A DNA stretch of 64,000 nucleotides, taken from positions 1,664,001-1,728,000 of the forward strand of contig CAWCKY010000006.1 of the NCBI GenBank assembly GCA_963796275.1. The letters are read 5' to 3'. A program made the position numbers and the translations under genes. This stretch comes from an uncultured Acidobacteriota bacterium. Its GTDB lineage: Bacteria > Acidobacteriota > Blastocatellia > RBC074. Positions within the stretch are counted from its first letter, which is position 1. Each line of letters opens with the position of its first letter. The notes under the pieces were generated by a model that was not told the DNA's origin, did no database searches, and worked only from the letters and a program-made list of their open reading frames with translations. Of the stretch, positions 59,530 to 64,000 are shown one piece after another.

Positions 59530-61299
59530 CTATCTCTTCAATACATCTATTCCAAAGATGACCGGCTGATAGTCGGAATACTTCTCGGGCAGTTGCACGG
59601 CAAGAGCCGGCTGTTTGTCATCCTGAGTCGCGATGATATTGGGAGGCAGTGTCGATACATCCCGCCTGAAAACATCAAGATTCTTCAGCTCGAGTTCGGT
59701 AAGGGAACGTCCCGACACGGCCGCGAGAAAATCAAGCGTTTTAACCTGTATTGGTGAGAAGATGATGGTGAAGGGAGTTTTATCCGAGTCGCGAGCAATC
59801 TGAAACCATTGATCGCCATACGGAACCTGTAAGTATTCACCCGCTTCGACTCTATTGGTAACGACTCCCGCAACCGGCAAAAGCTGATCAGTTTCCTTGC
59901 TCTGCAAATCCTCCTTACCGGTGCCAACAACATAGAGGTAGCCGTTTTGTTTGGGTCTGAAATGAAATCTGAACCTGCTCCCATCCGCGAGCGGCTCGCG
60001 CCCCGTATCGCGTTTCATTTCACCTGCATTCGAACTGATCTCCAGGTAGTAACGCAGCGACTCGACGCCTGGTATCGGAGCTGACGAAAGATTTGTTCCG
60101 CCAACTACATTGACTTGAGCGCCTTGAGCGTCACGGGGGAAATACTTGCGCGCGAATGCCCAGCTGGAGCTACCGCCCTGAAAGAATAATAACCAGCCTC
60201 CTATGATGATCAGGCAGACCGCGATAGCGACCCCGGAGAAGCTAACCTGCGAGCGCAAACGATGCCGCGACACGGGTTTGCCGCGCCGTACATCAAATTT
60301 CTTAATCGCTCTGAAATCCTTTCCACCAGATGATTTCGCATTGGCCGCCTTACGCTTGTTCTCTGCCAGCCTGATGACGACGTGGTCTGCATTACTGTTC
60401 CTCACCGGAGTATCGGTGATTGCCGGAGCGCGATGAATACTGGCAGGTGCAACAATGCTGCGGCCGGCCCGGCGCAGCGCCTTCCTCATCGAAGCGGCAG
60501 AAACATAACGCTGTTCCGGTTGTAACGCCATAGCCATCTCGATCACTGAAGCGACTGCGGGGGGAACCTCCGGATTCAAAACGCTGATCGACAGCAAGGG
60601 ATCAGGGTCCCCCATCACGATTGCCGAAATGCGTGTGGCGGCATCCTGAGCCATCTCACCGGTCAATAGGTGATAGAGCGTGGTTCCGACACTGTAGAGG
60701 TCGCTGCGCACATCCGTCCCGGTGCCGCGAATCTGCTCCAGCGGCGAATAGTTCGGAGTATATCCCCGGATGCTGTAGCTGCGCTCGGTTTGCCGGCTCG
60801 AAGTACCCTTTGCCAACCCGAAGTCGAGCAGGATTACCTCTCCCCGAGGGGTCAACTTGAGGTTTTGCGGCTTGATGTCGCGATGAATAATCGGTGGGTT
60901 TTGTGTATGCAAATAATCGAGCGCATCGAGCAATTGATCGGCCCAACGCAATACCGCCAAGACCGGAAACCCGCTCTGATTGTGCGTTCGGCGATCCGCG
61001 AGCAGTTGCTCCATATTATTGCCCGGGATGTACTGCATGACCAGATATTGGCTCTCGCCTTCGGAGAAGTAGTCCATCACAACCGGTAAAGCCGAATGCC
61101 GCAGGCGATTGAGCAACCGGGCCTCGAGCGCGAATGCTTCGCGCAGCCGATGATCACTGTAAAATGTCTCTTTTATGGCAACGGTATTGCCGAACTTACG
61201 GTCGGTGGCTCTATAAACCGCACCCATACCACCATGACCGAGTAAATGCATAACGAAATAACGATCTAGTAAAAGCGTATTCGTTGTGATCATCACCAC
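59530..61299 (-). CDS. Hanks-type Ser/Thr protein kinase with TM and C-terminal DUF4384-like extracytoplasmic domain
   Basis: LGHGGMGAVY, VAIKE, HRDIKPQN, DFG, YSPLEQ, DLYSVG; TM; GSRFRFHF..GYLYVV..YLQVP. Confidence 0.92.
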   Translation of the reverse strand: MVMITTNTLLLDRYFVMHLLGHGGMGAVYRATDRKFGNTVAIKETFYSDHRLREAFALEARLLNRLRHSALPVVMDYFSEGESQYLVMQYIPGNNMEQLLADRRTHNQSGFPVLAVLRWADQLLDALDYLHTQNPPIIHRDIKPQNLKLTPRGEVILLDFGLAKGTSSRQTERSYSIRGYTPNYSPLEQIRGTGTDVRSDLYSVGTTLYHLLTGEMAQDAATRISAIVMGDPDPLLSISVLNPEVPPAVASVIEMAMALQPEQRYVSAASMRKALRRAGRSIVAPASIHRAPAITDTPVRNSNADHVVIRLAENKRKAANAKSSGGKDFRAIKKFDVRRGKPVSRHRLRSQVSFSGVAIAVCLIIIGGWLLFFQGGSSSWAFARKYFPRDAQGAQVNVVGGTNLSSAPIPGVESLRYYLEISSNAGEMKRDTGREPLADGSRFRFHFRPKQNGYLYVVGTGKEDLQSKETDQLLPVAGVVTNRVEAGEYLQVPYGDQWFQIARDSDKTPFTIIFSPIQVKTLDFLAAVSGRSLTELELKNLDVFRRDVSTLPPNIIATQDDKQPALAVQLPEKYSDYQPVIFGIDVLKR

Positions 61300-61356
61300 T
61301 CCGTTTCACCTGTTATCTGGTTCTTGCAAATTCACAGGTATTGAATATCCAAGTTT

Positions 61357-62665
61357 TCACCACATCTGTGCCCGTATTTGTTTCAACAATCGATCGGCAA
61401 TTGCTGAATCCGGATTGGCCTTTTGCAACGCGCGGAATTCTTGTTCGGCTTCATCGAGCAACCCGCCTTTTGCATATAAAAGTCCCAGCGTCAGGTGCGA
61501 TGAAGCATAGGCGCGGCGTGCTCGCGCCAGCTCTTTGGCATTTACCTCATCCAATACGCGGAATTTAGCTTGTGGCGCGGGCGGTTGCGGTGAGATCGAT
61601 TCCTGGCCATCTTTGATCGCTTTCACCTGCCAGGCATAGATTCCGCCGCGTTTCAGGGATTGCGGTATCCGCCATTGGTGTTCAGTGACTTGCGGGCTGG
61701 TTATTACCAGGTCGAATTCTTCATTGTATATCTCGACTACATATGCCGTCGCTCCCGCGAGCTGCGACCAACGGAAAGTCGGGCGATCGGAGAAGGTCGC
61801 CAATTTGATCGGCTCGATCACTGAAAAGTTATCGGTCGACTCATAACTACCACCCCTCGGTATGCTCCCCTGCTCGATCAATCCCTCCAGCAGCGGCGAC
61901 CTTCCGAGCTCTTGATCTGTGAGCGCGCTTTTAATCATTTGCCGATAAGCAACAGGCAGATGATCAACGCCCGACAACTTGCCTGCTTCATCTAACGTTA
62001 CATCACCATAACCGTCATTGAGCCGGGCAATAATTGTCACTGCTGTTCCTTTCTGGTCCGATCCGTGTGAGTCAGGCACAAGGACCTTTGGCAAGGAAGA
62101 AGACGTCACAGTGGAATTCTTCTCATTCATCTCTTTCATCGTGAAGGCTTGCCACGCCAGCCAGCCGATGGCGGCCATCAAGAGCGCCGCCATCGATGTG
62201 CCGAGGACGAGAGGTTTCGGCCAGATTGATGTCAGGGTCGCGATCAGGCGATGCCAACCTTTTTCAGTCTTCGCGTGTCTTGGGGAGAGCCGATCTGGGA
62301 CTTCGTATTGGACCGAATCTTTGAATGCGCCCAGATCCCTCGATTACCAGCTCACAATGCCGGCAATAGCTCAAATGATCTTTGACCGCCTGCAACTCAT
62401 CGCCGATCATAGTCGCGTCGACCCACCCGGCTATCTGCTCAAATGTCAGATGCGTTTGTCCTGAGAGTGAGGAGGAGAGAGTTGTTTCGCCGAATATCTC
62501 CGCCCTGAGCGCGAGATACGTAGCATCGCCATCGAGCGCTCGTTTGACTTGCCGGCGACACGCCGCGCAGAAGCCGAGATGGTCGGAGACGAGGAGAAGC
62601 TCTACTGGTGAGAGGGCCCGGCATCCGTAGCCTTCAATTTGGTTTTTCGTGAGATGAGCAGACAA
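61357..62665 (-). CDS. Double zf-HC2 anti-sigma-like membrane protein with Ig-like and TPR C-terminus; +1 frameshift near 62339
   Basis: HLGFCAAC and HLSYCRHC; TM ALLMAAIGWLAW; RPTFRW..Y.WQVKA; LGLLYAKGGLLDEAE TPR. Confidence 0.8.
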
Positions 62666-62803
62666 TTGAGCTTAAAACCTCGATTCAAGTGAGAAGTGAT
62701 GCCACTTTAATGATCATTTATTTGTATAAGTTGATGGACGGGACATAGCTTACAAATATTGAATTCCGTGAGACGAAGTTGCGGAATTTGCGCTCTATTA
62801 CTG

Positions 62804-63058
62804 TTACTGTTCGCTCGAAAATCTTAAGGCTTTCGAAGCGATTAACCTCCAAACCACAGACCCAATAACATTGCAAACTACCACTCCTCCTAATAACAAG
62901 GTTATCCAAACCAAAAATATCATCCCGAGGTCCGGTGAACCGAAATAATTATTCAAGAATGGACTGGCGAGAATTATGAAAATGATACCGATAAGAATTT
63001 CACCTGGCATTAGTATAAGCATTTTTCTTACCTTTCTTTGATCTTCTTCATCATTCAA
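62804..63058 (-). CDS. Small AT-rich two-TM membrane protein
   Basis: Two hydrophobic stretches; visibly lower GC than flanks; bracketed by imperfect direct repeats. Confidence 0.5.
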   Translation of the reverse strand: MNDEEDQRKVRKMLILMPGEILIGIIFIILASPFLNNYFGSPDLGMIFLVWITLLLGGVVVCNVIGSVVWRLIASKALRFSSEQ

Positions 63059-63409
63059 TACTATTTACGTCTTAGCGGCTTTGCGTGAGCTAATAATCCA
63101 GGCATTTTTCGCTAAGACGCTCGTTCAACCATCAACTCTCATATAAAGAAGTTGCCGAACTTTCCGCCATATTACTGATCGCTCGAAAATTTTATGATGG
63201 GCTCCAGATCAATATCGCTTTTGGGCATAAACAAAAGGCGCAAAAGAGGAAAGAACCCCTCTGCGCCTTTGAACCAACAATAATGTGGCAGATATCTAAC
63301 CGCGAAGAATCTCTAGAGCAGGGAAGAGGTAGCAATAGGGGGCTCCCCGTTGCTCGTGCTCCTGGTGGCTTATATCGATCTTTATTGTTTTTGATTAAGT
63401 TTGCGTGTT

Positions 63410-64000
63410 CTAGCGCTGGCCATTCAGGCTAGCCCAATCTCCCGACTGAATGAAGGCCGCCCAGTAGAACGGATGCAGCCGGTTTTTGCTCTTAAGCATC
63501 TGCAACTGCACCTGCCTCAGCCCTTCACTGCGCCCCTCGCCTCGCTGCAGCGCCCGGTAATATTCGATCATCAATTCCTTCGCGCCCTGGTCGCTCACCG
63601 GCCAGAGGCTTATCACCTGGCTCTCCGAACCGGCCAGAACCAGAGCGCGGCGCAGCCCCTGGACGCCTTCACCATTCTTGGGATCTCCCAGACCGGTATC
63701 GCAGGCCGAGAGCACCACCAGTTTGGTCCCATATAGATCCAAGCCGGCCACCTCGAGCGCGGTCAATACACCGTCATCGTCACCGTTCTTGCCCCGATTG
63801 GCTCCCGACAGTGCCAGGCCTGAACGCAGCAATGGTTCCTCGACGTGCGCCGCCAACTTGCTCGACCGCGACTCGGAGATGGGTAGGATGTCATCGGTAG
63901 ATGTCCGACCCGTCTCAGCGGAAAGGGCTTGATCTGCTAGGAAGAATCCGTGAGTCGCGATGTGAAGGATGCTCGGCGCACTGGCTCGTTTGAGCGCTGC
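63410..64000 (-). CDS. CHAT domain (caspase-like) protease, C-terminal part (5' end outside window)
   Basis: ILHIATHGFF and LVVLSACDTG catalytic His/Cys, SLWPVSD, HPFYWAAF. Confidence 0.92.
   Translation of the reverse strand, partial: AALKRASAPSILHIATHGFFLADQALSAETGRTSTDDILPISESRSSKLAAHVEEPLLRSGLALSGANRGKNGDDDGVLTALEVAGLDLYGTKLVVLSACDTGLGDPKNGEGVQGLRRALVLAGSESQVISLWPVSDQGAKELMIEYYRALQRGEGRSEGLRQVQLQMLKSKNRLHPFYWAAFIQSGDWASLNGQR

Overview
Chromosomal-looking 64-kb window from an Acidobacterium (probably Blastocatellia-like), inferred from five Oar-type TonB-dependent receptors, an Acidobacterial VWA protein, membrane-anchored wHTH regulator, WPxWRG beta-propellers and a CHAT/anti-sigma/kinase module. 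Main modules: beta-glucan hydrolases (GH3 + GH144-like); a membrane-anchored wHTH regulator with a repeated RTAACNGTWA operator upstream of itself and of a Tat multicopper oxidase-SCO operon; a GntR/TBDR/ApbE/Tat-oxidoreductase/MFS/dehydratase/aldolase catabolic locus with a divergent sulfatase; a YdjG/YdjI-like pair; a REP-doublet (BIME-like) tandem array at 33.9-34.4 kb; a core-MetE + stand-alone AprA-MT1-like (His/His-x4-Gln) methyltransferase + CouO-like hydrolase operon; a CocE/NonD hydrolase; and a Ser/Thr kinase/double-ZAS anti-sigma/CHAT protease cluster. No rRNA, tRNA, CRISPR array, integrase or transposase was recognised. About 14 frameshifts in otherwise intact genes are all insertions (nearly all +1) and are probably sequencing errors. 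Intergenic DNA is dense with palindromes built from 7-mer/9-mer repeats and REP-like elements. All product calls come from motif recognition by eye, not database searches.
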